DNA from: Lingula anatina
Taxonomy: Eukaryota > Animalia > Brachiopoda
NCBI GenBank assembly: GCA_051362555.1
Contig: CM120649.1
Span: 18,366,567 to 18,430,566, forward strand
Direction: 5' to 3'
Length of the DNA stretch: 64,000 bases
The number at the start of each line of letters is the position of its first letter. Within the stretch, counting starts at the first letter, position 1. Below, in pieces: positions 25,782 to 38,200 of the stretch. The translations under genes were made by a program, and so were the position numbers. The notes below the pieces were generated by a model. The model was not told where the DNA came from. It saw only the letters and a list, made by a program, of their open reading frames with translations, and did not search any database.

Positions 25782-28700
25782 CTGAAAAATAAATACCTGC
25801 TGTGCTTAAAATACATGGCCTATGTGACTGTTTATTTCCAAAGACGTACAAAAATATTTTGAAAATGTCTGTCTAAGAAACCAAAAACTTTCTTTTTGCT
25901 TTTACTTAACAACTATCCATAAAATGTATTATTTAACACCCTCACAATAAATACTAGTAAAAAATTAATAAAACAATAAGGTGAAAAATAACATAGGTAA
26001 TGGATGAAAAGAAACTTACCGTTACTTCCTGAATCATGTCCTCTATTTCAGATGAATCAACAAATTCCTTCACACTCTCTTTAATCTTCATCAACAGCGA
26101 TGCTAGTTCCTCAAAGGAACACTGCAGATGGCAGAAGACAAATTCCAGAGGTTCTTCAGGACAACAAGCATCCCTAAACTGATGTTCAAGTACAACAGCT
26201 TCCCACACCCCTGGAATCTTAAAAATGCGATCCAAGTTTGCTTTTGCTCCCAAAGGCAGATACCGCTGTAAAACATGGACATGAGCAGGTGGTGCAACAC
26301 TCATCAACTTCTGATCTCCATTGTGATGAATTTCAAGCCGCCCTATGTTTTGAACAAAGACATTGCGTTGCCCTGCTGTCTCCATCCATGTGGCACCAGC
26401 ACCATATGTGGCAGCCATGTTTGTTTGCCTCACATCTACACAGAGAGTCTGAGCTAGATCTGGTCTGCCATAAAGTTGGGCAGACAAGGCTTGAGGATGA
26501 GGGCGCTGTTGCTGTGATGCAAGATTTGGAAACTGCTGATGTTGCTGCTGTTGACACTGCAACTGATATTGCATTCGCTGTTCAGAAAGTTCTAGCTGAG
26601 AAGGTGTTTCAACTACTGGACATGTCTCATAATCTTGGTTTATTGGTACCGATGGTGCAACCAACACAGAAGAAGAAACATGAGGTGATATTGGAATAAT
26701 TGGATGTGTAATTTCATTTGAATGTTGCTGTGGTTTTATAAAGGGTTCTTTCATGTGGCCTTCATTTGATGACACTGATGATGGAGTGGTACTAGTTAAA
26801 AGCTGTGCTGGTTTTGGAATGCGTCCTTCAATGCCCCCTGATGGTTTAGCTCCTGAAGGTGACAAATGGGCAGGTTTGGACAAGCTTAATTGCTCAAGTT
26901 TGCCATGTAGTAATGGAATGCTGACCTCAGCTGGGCTCTGCTCTTCTGGCATTTGCTGTGTTGATTGTGCCATTACAATAGGTGAGCCTGCCATTGTTTC
27001 AGGTGTGATGAGCAAGGAGTTGTCTGAATGTCCCTTGTCAACAGATGGCATTGAGATAGAGGCTAAATTCCATTCTGATGGTGCAAATGGTTCTTGAACC
27101 TGGTAATTAGACATTTGTGGTAATTGCTGCATAAGCATGTGCGTTTTTTCTTGTTCAAGTGGAAAGGGTAGCTCTGTCATGATGGGGATATTTGGCATGT
27201 TTTGCTTGTGACTGGCTTCTGGTCCACCAGAATGTGGAGGTTTGGGCAAATGGGATATTTGGTGTGGCTGTGGCCTGCTGTACAACTGTGGTGATTGGTG
27301 TTGGACATACATGTACTGGTACTGTGGTTGGCGATTTTGCTTATAAGCCCCAGAACCATGTGTGGTGTGGTGGGACTGCTCTGGAGCTGGGAGACCCCAC
27401 TGTTGCTGTACTAAAGGGTTCTGAGGTGACTGTTGCTGCAAAGGTCCCAATGTCTGTGACTGGTTTAACCCCCAGGGACTCAAATCTGGAGAAGACAACT
27501 GGACAGCTGGCATGTTGAGTGGTTCAGTGCCAGCTACCTTTGTAATCTGAAAAATTATCAGACATCCATTTGATGTAGATAACTTTTTCAATCAATTTGT
27601 CCACTAATATTTTGTAAAATATCAAACTTTCAATACCATGTACTGATTAAAAGTTAAATCTTATTCACATGGACACTTTCATCACATATTTTGTGAACAC
27701 AAAACTTCAAAACAAAATGTTATTTGGATACATATGTTTTCTTTCTTTGCTACATACTCTCAGATGCATCTGCCAAGACTCATTTGAAAAATTATGCTAT
27801 TTTGCTTGAAGCAGCTACGTGTCATAAAATACAAAGTCATGTGGCAGAGTTTTACGAATTGGAGTGAGGGATAAATAGGTCAAGTTTATGACCAGCTATT
27901 TGAAAAAGGTGCAGTTTCAAATCTTTTTTTTGGTTAACCCAGTGATTAGTTTGGTTTAACTTATGGCTAGTCAACTTTATTTGAGTTGTACAAAAAAACT
28001 AGTAAGTGGTTAACAGGTATATGCATTAAGGGCAACCTATGCTTGCTTCATGCGTAACTTTAATTTAGTCATGTGCAAACAACAAATCATGCATCATGTT
28101 TGTTTGGATTATTGAAATGAAATATTTCTAGTTATAATTACCAAAAGTTCCCTTCAAATATTTGGACCACCTAAAATTTATCCACTTAATTTTCCATGGG
28201 GCTCGTTTAGGCCGATGACTCTCTTACATAATAGTTAGTATATATAGTTGCCAGTCTCTAAAAATATCGAGATTAAAATAAATATCCTGCATGATGTAAA
28301 TTAAAGGACCTTGGCTAACACTGAATCTTCATGTCATCTATTAGTAATATGTTTAACCTATTTCCTTAGCTGAGAGAATGGAAAACTCCATGTGCAGTAA
28401 CCCCTCTTGGTAAAGAATCTGGCCTGCTGCAAACTTCAATTCCCACTTGCAATTTAGTAGCAATAAAATTTTCCTTGCAAACTTGTTACTGCAAAATTTT
28501 AATTTTGCTAAGGGCCTCCAACTAAGAGTCAACTACTGCACAGTTTAATATGTGCGATACATATTGTACATATTGTACACTGATGTCACTATCAAAAACA
28601 TAGATGTGCTTTAATATGTCATTACCTCATGTAATGGATGGCACACTTCAAGCTCTACTGATGAAAGCCGTGCATCTTTACCCTTGAGGCCCTGTTGGGC

Positions 28701-31700
28701 CACCAATATTTTACTGGTGAAAATTGGTGGGCATGATGTTGTAGATTCAGGGTTCAAAGAAAAGGTACAAAATGGTTGGTTGTCATCTATCATCCTCTGG
28801 TAATCCAATGCCTAAATTAAGTAATTAATTAATAGTTACTAGATACAAGTTTACTAATGTTTCAGTAATTGCCATCACTTACTTTGGAATATTAAATAAT
28901 AGTGGTAACCTGCTGCTGAACGTGTACTGCTTCAATGACTTTCCTCCTGCTCCCTTGTTGCTCTCTTTATAAGATTTCCAAATATATTTTTCATTGAGAC
29001 CAATTGGCCGTTTTGAGACAGTGGACCAGAAGCTGCCCTCTGTCCATCCCCTAACAAAATTTGCTGCAAACAAAGTTTGCAAGAAACTGTTTGTAGGTTG
29101 TTGAAAGAAGAAGCAAATGTGCTGCATATTCACAGGAAGATTTAAAGTTTGCGGGTAGTTTGCAAGAAAGTCTTCCGACTTCATTTACATGGTAAAATTC
29201 TTTTTTTCAAAGTTGCTGCAAACTAAAAACTTTGCTAAGGGTAATTCTACCAATTACCATCACAAGGGAGAATTGTCTTCAGGTTAGCAACACCTGATGA
29301 CCTGTGGGCATTTGGCCTGATGAAGCTCTTGTAACAAGAGCAAAATTTAGCTGTTTCAGTTCTATTTTTTGTTCCAAAGTAAGTAATTAATATCACTAAA
29401 AAATTAGTAAATACAATTCCTTGTAACCACCAAAAACCAATTTGGCAATACAAACATGTTTTAGCATAATTATATACCATAAAAATTATACCAACCAACA
29501 CACTAAGAAAATTTTATACAGGATATGTGTTTAAAAACAGTACATAAGTTTATAACATGGCTTTTAAAATAAATTAAGATATACACAGTGACATATACAT
29601 ATGATACCGTGGTGAAATACAGCATAAATGTCTGATGACATGTTACCATTGACAAATATCTTGCTTTCATAGTTATACCTTCTCATTTTCCCCTCTCAAA
29701 GTCCATCCTTGATAGTCCTTTAATGTGACCAGTACATCATGATCATCATCACATACCAGATTTTTGTTGTCATGGTCACCATCACCTTGGTCACCATCAT
29801 CTTGGTCATCATCGCTATGGGGACAGACGTAAAGCTTGAAGGTACCATCATGCACAATACGCTTCAGACCCATTCTTTCCATACAACTGTCAAGAACCTG
29901 AAATTTGAAAGAAATGGCAATAACTATTGGTAATATAAAAAACAATAATTTTATCTTAAGTTACACTCCATGAGATTTACCAGCTTAAACAGATTTTCCC
30001 AGGCAAATAAGCAATTTTCTCGTACTTAGGAATCATTTATCTATCCCTCTCTGCAGTAGGATTTGACCTTTGATCAAATTTATACAGGTTGATTTTAGCT
30101 TAAAATGACTGGATAGTCATTATAACAGCCACCATTTTATTAAAAGCTCCAATGGAAATATCAACATTAGGTACACCCAAGAAAAATATATACATTGTTA
30201 AAGGGATAATAACTCTTCGTTTTGGCCAAAAAATAAAATTTCCTGGAGTAAACAACAATTTTCCCATACTTACCAATAGTTAATGAATCCATTTTTACAT
30301 TCAAAGTTAGTCCCTGTTTTTTTTCTAAAAAGTTTGGTTTTTTGTTAAAATCTCTTAAGAGATTATAACAGAGTATAGCCATCAATGAAGGTCATGTAGT
30401 CTGAAGACAAGCTCAGATATCAGAATAATAGCTATAACTGCTGTTTTTGTCGTAAAACAGAATATATTATATTTATATGAGTTATTCACAATGTTTTTAT
30501 TGTGAAATATAGACCTCATACGAAGAGTTATTATCCCTTTAAGTGGATAAATGATTTTAATGTGTATGTAAGATTTTAAAAGAAGCTGTGAATGGTAAAA
30601 ACAAGCATTTAATTTTGGAGATTTTCAAAATACACAAGCATTTAAATTTAACTAGAGGATCAGAGAGGCAATACCGCCTCCTGATAATGTACCACCATTC
30701 GTATGGAAAACAAAAAAAAAAAAAAAAAAAGGGACACCACCACCAGTCTTGTGCTTGACAAGCTCTATAAAATGCTGTGAAAAAATCTGCAAAAAAATAT
30801 CACTGAAATGGTACAATCAAGCAGATTTTCAAATTGACCTGTATTTTCCTAACATTGATCACCCCTGTGATTTTCTAGACAATAAGTCTAGGTTATTGGT
30901 TTTCATTGAAATGTGTTGTCAGCGTTTCATATAAGCTGACAAAAGAGAAAACCATTAACATTGGTAACATTGGGTATATCTCTGCTAGTTTTAAATATAT
31001 AAAAGCCAGAAAACATGTAATGTGCAGTTCATCATAAAAAATAGGTAAAAGGTCAATTTCAAGGTCACAGTTGGATAGCCAGTATATGACTTCTTATTCA
31101 AGTTCAACAGAAACTTTGGGCGTATCTCTGCAAGTTTTTCGAGATATAAGGGATAGACAATTTGCAAAGTTCAGTTCATGTTGAAAATTAGGTCAAAGGT
31201 CAATTTCAAGGTCACAGTTAGATTATCAGTGTATGACTTCCTTTTTAAGTTCAATAGTAACTATGGGCGTATCTCTGCTAATTTTGGAGTAATTCATATG
31301 CTGTACTTTTTGATGTAGCGCAACGCCTTAACCGTATCGAAAACAAAAAATGGGCATCACTTCGAGTATAGCGCTTGACAAGTTCTACAAAATGCAAAAA
31401 AAAAACAAAAAACAAAAACAAAAGGTCTCTAGCATTTACGGTTCCAGAATTAGAGAGAGTTTTCAGTTTAGGTATCTTATTGCTGCTTCTCCCATGAAAG
31501 TGCACCAATTAACCCTTAACTCCCAAAGATGGAAGGAGTCCCTGATTGTAATCCCTCACTATAATATGAGAGCTTAAGTCTGTGTAGTTTCTAAAAATTG
31601 GTATATACAAATTTTTTTTTTTTTTTTTTTTTGTAGAAAATTCCCCATTTTAGAAAATTTTGGCCCATTTGACCTTGAAATAAAGGTTGAAAGTCAAATC

Positions 31701-34700
31701 CAAGGGCATATTTGGAATCTCCACATATGACTTTTTGTCAGACTTCTGTAGTAATGATTCCCATTATTCCTTCGGTTTGGGAGATATTTAGCAATGGCAT
31801 ATTTTGACAATGGTGCATTTCAACAAGCGTTATGCCCAGGTCAATGCACCAACTGAGACAAAAATACCAGGAGGTTCAAGTTATGATTATATGTGACCTA
31901 GATATGGGGACACAGGTCCTTGTGGTCTAGGAGGGAAGCAGTAACGGTGACTTGTATCCCAGGACACCCTGCAGAGCCAACGGAGCTGTACGAGACAGGT
32001 CGGGACTAAAACCATGAGTACCACCATCGTACAATTACACACGTTACCTTATACAACAGTACAGACCATGAAAGCCTCCAAATATGCCACAACTTTTGAT
32101 AAAATCTAACTGATGAGACACCACTAACACAATATATATCATCTATGTAATATACATCATCTATGTGTCTCAACTGAAATGATATTTAATTTTACTGTTT
32201 TTCAATTAATTATTTTCAGCTAATATAATAAACAACCTCAACAATGTTTCACAACTAACATAACATATAACCAAAATAATGCCTCACAATTAATAATATC
32301 AAAATCCCATTTAAATTTATTTTAGCCTCATAGTTGCATGTTGTATTACCGCAAGATCATCCACATTTCTGCTTATACAGTGAACTACAATCCGAAGCAG
32401 CTCTGTCCTTGGATCAAACTTCCCAAATGCTGTGGCCAGCATTGTTTTCTTGACTGAAGAAGTGGTGTATTTACACAGGTTCCACAAAGCTGCAGTGCAC
32501 CTGCAGGATAAAAAAAACAAATGAAAATGTGCTTATCACGTATACACAAATAGCAATATTAATCTCTTCTAAATAGTGCCTTGAACATTAACTTGAATGA
32601 AGTACTTCAGTAATCAAATATATCTTTGCACAGAACAAGTACCTATACTAGAATAAATGCAAATATGCTCATTTCACCAGTGTGTGTGCATGTGTATGTA
32701 CTCTCCCAATGAATATATCCTTATTTGCACTACATAAATTTATGAAACTTCTTATGACTGTAGTACATATCTAACCAAAGTCTCAAATAACATTTATTGT
32801 TCAGTGAAAAAGGTTTAAAAACGTATTAACGTATTAATGTATTTTCGAACTGAAATTCAAACTTAAACAGGATGTATGTTTAGTACCTAGTTTTGCTGTA
32901 AATCACCACAGGGTCACTTTCTTCAGTTGTCCATCTACAAGTCCCCATTAGGTCAGTTTTTGATGTCCAGAACTTTATCTTCATCTCTGCATCATCAACA
33001 TGTGGAATACAATGAGGAAAGCTGAGATAGACTGGTTTCTGAAAGGTTAAGTCATGTGGACCACATACCACAATGGGGCTAGTTCTTGTCTCCTTGCCTC
33101 TTAAATTAGGCCTGTCACCTGGCCTCCAGCTGACTCCAAGGTACATCTCTGTCACTGTACCTTCAGGAAGGGAACCCCCTGGTACCACAAGTGTAACCCC
33201 CACTTCCTTTAAGTGAACATATCCACCATGATAGTCCATACTGAACTTCTGAATGTAGATTCCTGATGAAATCAGTGCCAATTCAAGGTCATTTTTCTGT
33301 TGGACTGTGTCTTCCTGAGACAATGCAGCATCTGTACAAAAAATTTAAAAAAAGGTTTACTTATCAAAGATGTGGACTCAAAGGTAAATTGTTTAACTTA
33401 TGATTTTGTAAACAAATTTAATTTTCTAAATCCATTTTAAATACACACTCGTATTGAACAACTTTTGTCTTTAATTCTTAAATAAATTCAATATATATAC
33501 TGTTAACCTTTGATTCTCATTAACAAATGTTTCAAAAATCCTCCCTCTCTGCTATATATGGGTATCAAATGTCTGACGGACAAAGGTACAAGTAATTCTC
33601 TCAGTTCTTCCCTGGTGATGTCTCCATACACTGGGATGACATCCTTTTGCTGTGACATTGCCTCATCCATTATCTTTTCTGTTGTTTCCCCCTTCAACAA
33701 AGGACTAAAATAAAGAACCATAGTTTATGTGCATTTTGCCATATTTAAAAAATGTGTGTGAGAAAGAGGAATTTTTTTTTTCAGAATTCATTGACAAAAG
33801 CTAAAAATTGACACAGAAAATAAAACAGTCACAAATAAAGTACAGAGGAGATGCCAAGTAACTTTAACTAACTACATACTACACAAAAAGAAAAAAAAAT
33901 AAATGAATAAATAAATTTAAAAAAAACATAAATAATAAAGTGTTTTTCTAAAGATAGTTTCTTTCCAATTAACATTCTGATTCCACAAAAATTAGGTTTG
34001 ATCCCCTTTTGGATCATGAGTAAACAGTAATTTCACAACTACAGTGTATAACTAATTAAGTTAATTGGTCTGTTCTTAGCTATCAGTTCTAATGCCCGTA
34101 ACACTGTTGATGTCTAGTTATACATTATTCAAATCAAACGTTTTGTAGCCAGCTCTCTACCAGTACATAAAGCATATATTTAATTTGCACTACACTTTAC
34201 CTTCAAATTAAGGCTTGTAATAGATTCTACAGCATCCAGACTGAAATCACAAAATTAAAAAACAAACACCTCATACTCACTCGCGCAAGTAATGTGCAGT
34301 TATATACAGCAGTATTCTCCTGGATTGTTTCAAGGCATAATCAAACATATCCTTTACTCTAATTCCATGTAGAAAGTCACTTTCAAGCAACATACAAGTC
34401 ACCCCTTGTCCTGCTAAATCTGGTAAAATATAAAACATATGCTATATATTCAACTCCAGATATACATGCATTTCGCTAAAACTTACTTAAAATGTATTCA
34501 ATTTACATTAATTGTCATATAAATCATTTACCTGTAAAGCATGCTTATTATTTAGTAGTTAGTAATATAATTAACCTAGACTGGGTACCCATGCCTAGAT
34601 CGATCCTTCTGGATCGACCTTTCAAGCTAAATTTCTATCAGTTGAAGAGGCTTAAATGTCTGCAATGCCTACCGAATCAGCTAGTGGGGTAATTACCTTT

Positions 34701-35219
34701 CTTGCATGCTTAGCTTCACCGACAGCAGATAGCAATTTAGTGAGACTCCCCGTGGAGATAGATCAATCCAAATATCTGTGCCTCCAACATCCATGCTAAC
34801 AAGAAATAATTTCTATACTACAACTTGAATGTCCATAAAACATTTCTTAGTTCAAAGAATTAAACTGAGTTATACTCAATATACAAACCTTGAGCTAGTT
34901 GTTCTATCTCCTTTTCGTCTGCCCTGTCATAAAGTATGGAGACATCATATTCTATATCTTCTCCTGGAAATACACAAGTTATTTACTTATTATACTCATC
35001 TTGCACACACCTTGACTGACAGATGTAGCCAAGACCCCATTTGCTCTCAGCACAAAAATCCACTATGTCTAATTATTATGCCAGTTCCTATTCAAGATTC
35101 AAAAGACATCACAAACACAAGTATAGTTTGATTTGTAAATCACAAAATATTCAAAATATTTTAATTTTTAATTACTAGGCAGAAAAACCCATAGTTTTGA
35201 AATGTTATATTTATCTCTT

Positions 35220-35298
<79 letters not shown>

Positions 35299-38200
35299 TG
35301 GTGGAGCACCCCACCCTTTCAAACAGCAACTTTGCCTCTTGTGCTAGCAATTGGTGGTACAAACAATGTGGAAAAAAACTAGTCAATATATCAGTGATAT
35401 CAAACTATCAAACTCAGGGTGACAAGCACATGTATGATAAGCTGCCAAAGACAGTTACTGTAATAGATAGCATTTTTACACTCAAGGAGATTACCTTTGA
35501 TCCTCATTGATAAACTTTTTAAAAATCCTTCCTTTCTGCTATCTATTGGAGTAGAATTTCTTAAGGGTATAGGTAATTCTCTCAGTTCTTCAGTGGTGAT
35601 GTCTCCATATACAGGGATGACTTGTTTTTGCTGTGACATTGCCTCATGCATTATCCTTTCTGTTCCCCACTTCAACTCAGCACTCAAATAATGAACCATA
35701 ATTTATGCAAATTTTGCTTTATTAAAAGATGTGAGAGGCAGAGAGAGACTCTTTTCAGAATTCACTGACAAAAGCAAAGATAGAAGAAACCAGTTAGAAT
35801 TAAAGTATATAGAAGATGCCAAGAATATACTTATAACCTACCCCATACTACAAAAAAGTCAAACAAAAAAGTCTCGTTATAAAAATAGTATAAATTTCTA
35901 CCAAAATACATTCTTATTCTACCAAAATTAGGCTTGTTCCCCTTTTGGATCATGAGTAAGTAGTGACTTCACGACTGTAATTAATGAATTAATTGGTCTA
36001 ATCTATCAGTTCTAATGCCCATAACACTGTTGAGATGTCTAGTTATGCATTACTCAAATAAAAAATAAAGTAGCCAGCTCTCTATCAATATATATAGCAA
36101 ATGGCAATTTGCAATGCACTTTTCATTCAAACAGGTGTGAAATAGATTCTACCACATGCAGACAGAAAAAAGAAAATTCAAAGGGAGACACCTTACGTAT
36201 ACTTACTCTTGCAGGTAATGTGAAGTTATATACAGCAGTATTCTCCTGGAACGTTTGAAAGCATAATCAAACCTATCCTTTAATTTCATTTCAAGAAGAG
36301 AGTCGCCTTCAATCAACATACAAATCACCCCTTGTCCTGCTAAATCTGATAAAATGTAAAATATATGTTAAATATTCAACTCCAGATATACATGCATTTC
36401 AATGGAACATACTTAATGTATTCAATTTAAATTAATAAAAATATAAATCATTTACCTGTAAAAATGTGTTTCTTATTTAGTTGTAAATAATGTATGAAAT
36501 AATTTACAATCAACAATATTACCCTCCACCAACATCCATATGATAGAAAATTTATCTCTTTACATTCACTTTACTGTTACATGTTGAATGTCCATAAAAC
36601 ATTTCTTAGTTCAAAGTATGAAACTGAGTTATACTCATCTCCACAAACCTTGAGATAGTTGTTCTACCTCTATTTCATCTTTTCCATCATACAAAATGGA
36701 AACATCATATTCTACATCTTTCCCTGGAAATACACAAGTCATTTACTTATTATACTCATCTTGCACACATTTTGATTGACAGATGTAGCCAAGATCCCAT
36801 TTGCTCTCAGCAGATTATCACAAAAGTCCACAATCACATAAATTTTGATCTTAATTATGCCAGTTCCAATTCATTCACACAAAAGATATCACTACACAAA
36901 ACAACCTTAGTTTGATTTTTAAATCACAAAATATTCAAAATATTTCAGTTAACTAGAGGATCAGAGAGGCGATACCGCCTCCGAATATTGTACCACCAGC
37001 TGGAGTAAGCGCAATCGTATAGACCCACACACACACAAAAAAGGGACACCACCACCAGTCTTGTGCTTGACAAGCTGTAAAAAATGCAATCAACAAGAAT
37101 TCTCAAAATATGCAAAAAAATATATATAACTAAAAGTGGTACAATCAAAGTTCAGTTCATAGTGAGGTAGGCCAAATGTCAATTCAAGGTCACAGTAAAT
37201 TTCCAGTATATGACTTCCTATTCAAGTTCAATAGTTACTATGGACCTATCTCTGCCTGTTTTGGAGATAAAAGGGAACCAAAATTTGCAAAGTTCAATTC
37301 ATGATAAAAAGAAGGTCAAAGGTCAATTCCAAGGTCACATTTAGATTGCCAGTATATGACTTCCTATTCAAGTTCAATAGTAACTATGGACCTATCTCTG
37401 CCAGTTTTGGAGATATAAGGGACTATATGTTATAATTTTGGAGTTACAATAATGTGCCATAAATTTCCTACAGAAAAAATTAATTAAAATAAAGAAAAGG
37501 TCATTTTGGTCAAAATTCTTGAAATTGGAGGTGCTTTGTAGTTCCAGATGTTCAAATTTGATGAAATAATGTCATTTTTGACCACAAGTTGTCTGCCTCG
37601 CCAATCCTTATGTTTTATTTTTCCGGGGTTCAAAATTTATTATCCATTACCGTACTGCACATTTTGCTTTCACCACCAATATGTACTTTTTGATACAGCG
37701 TAACTTGAAAACCGTATGGAATACAAAAAAAACAAAGACCACATCCAGTGTTGGGCTTTACATGCTCTACAAAATGCAAAAAAGAATGGGTCTCTAGCAT
37801 TAACGGTTCCCCGAATTAGAGACAGTTTTCAGTTTCGGTATCTTATGGCCGCTACTCCCGTGAAAATGCACCGATTGACCCCAAATTCACGGGGATGAAA
37901 GATGACCTGAAGGGTAACACTTTCCAGTAATATTATTGGTTAAGTCTGTGTGGTGTCTGAATAACAGCGCAAATAATTTTTTTTTGTAAAAAAAATTCGT
38001 TTTTTTGAAAATTTTGGCCCGTTTGGCCTTGAAATAAAGGTCAAAGGTCAAATCCAAAGGCATATTTGAAATCTACACATATGACTTTTGGAAAGCTGTC
38101 TGTAGAAATTTTTCCCATAATTCCTTCCGTAGGGTAGATAATTAGCATTTATAGGTGACCTAAATCCAAGAGATGGGTATGGAGGCCCTTACCATCTAGG

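Noticed and set aside
26238-27518. Several plus-strand ORFs of 100-150 aa
   Set aside because: Antisense to the large Q-rich exon.
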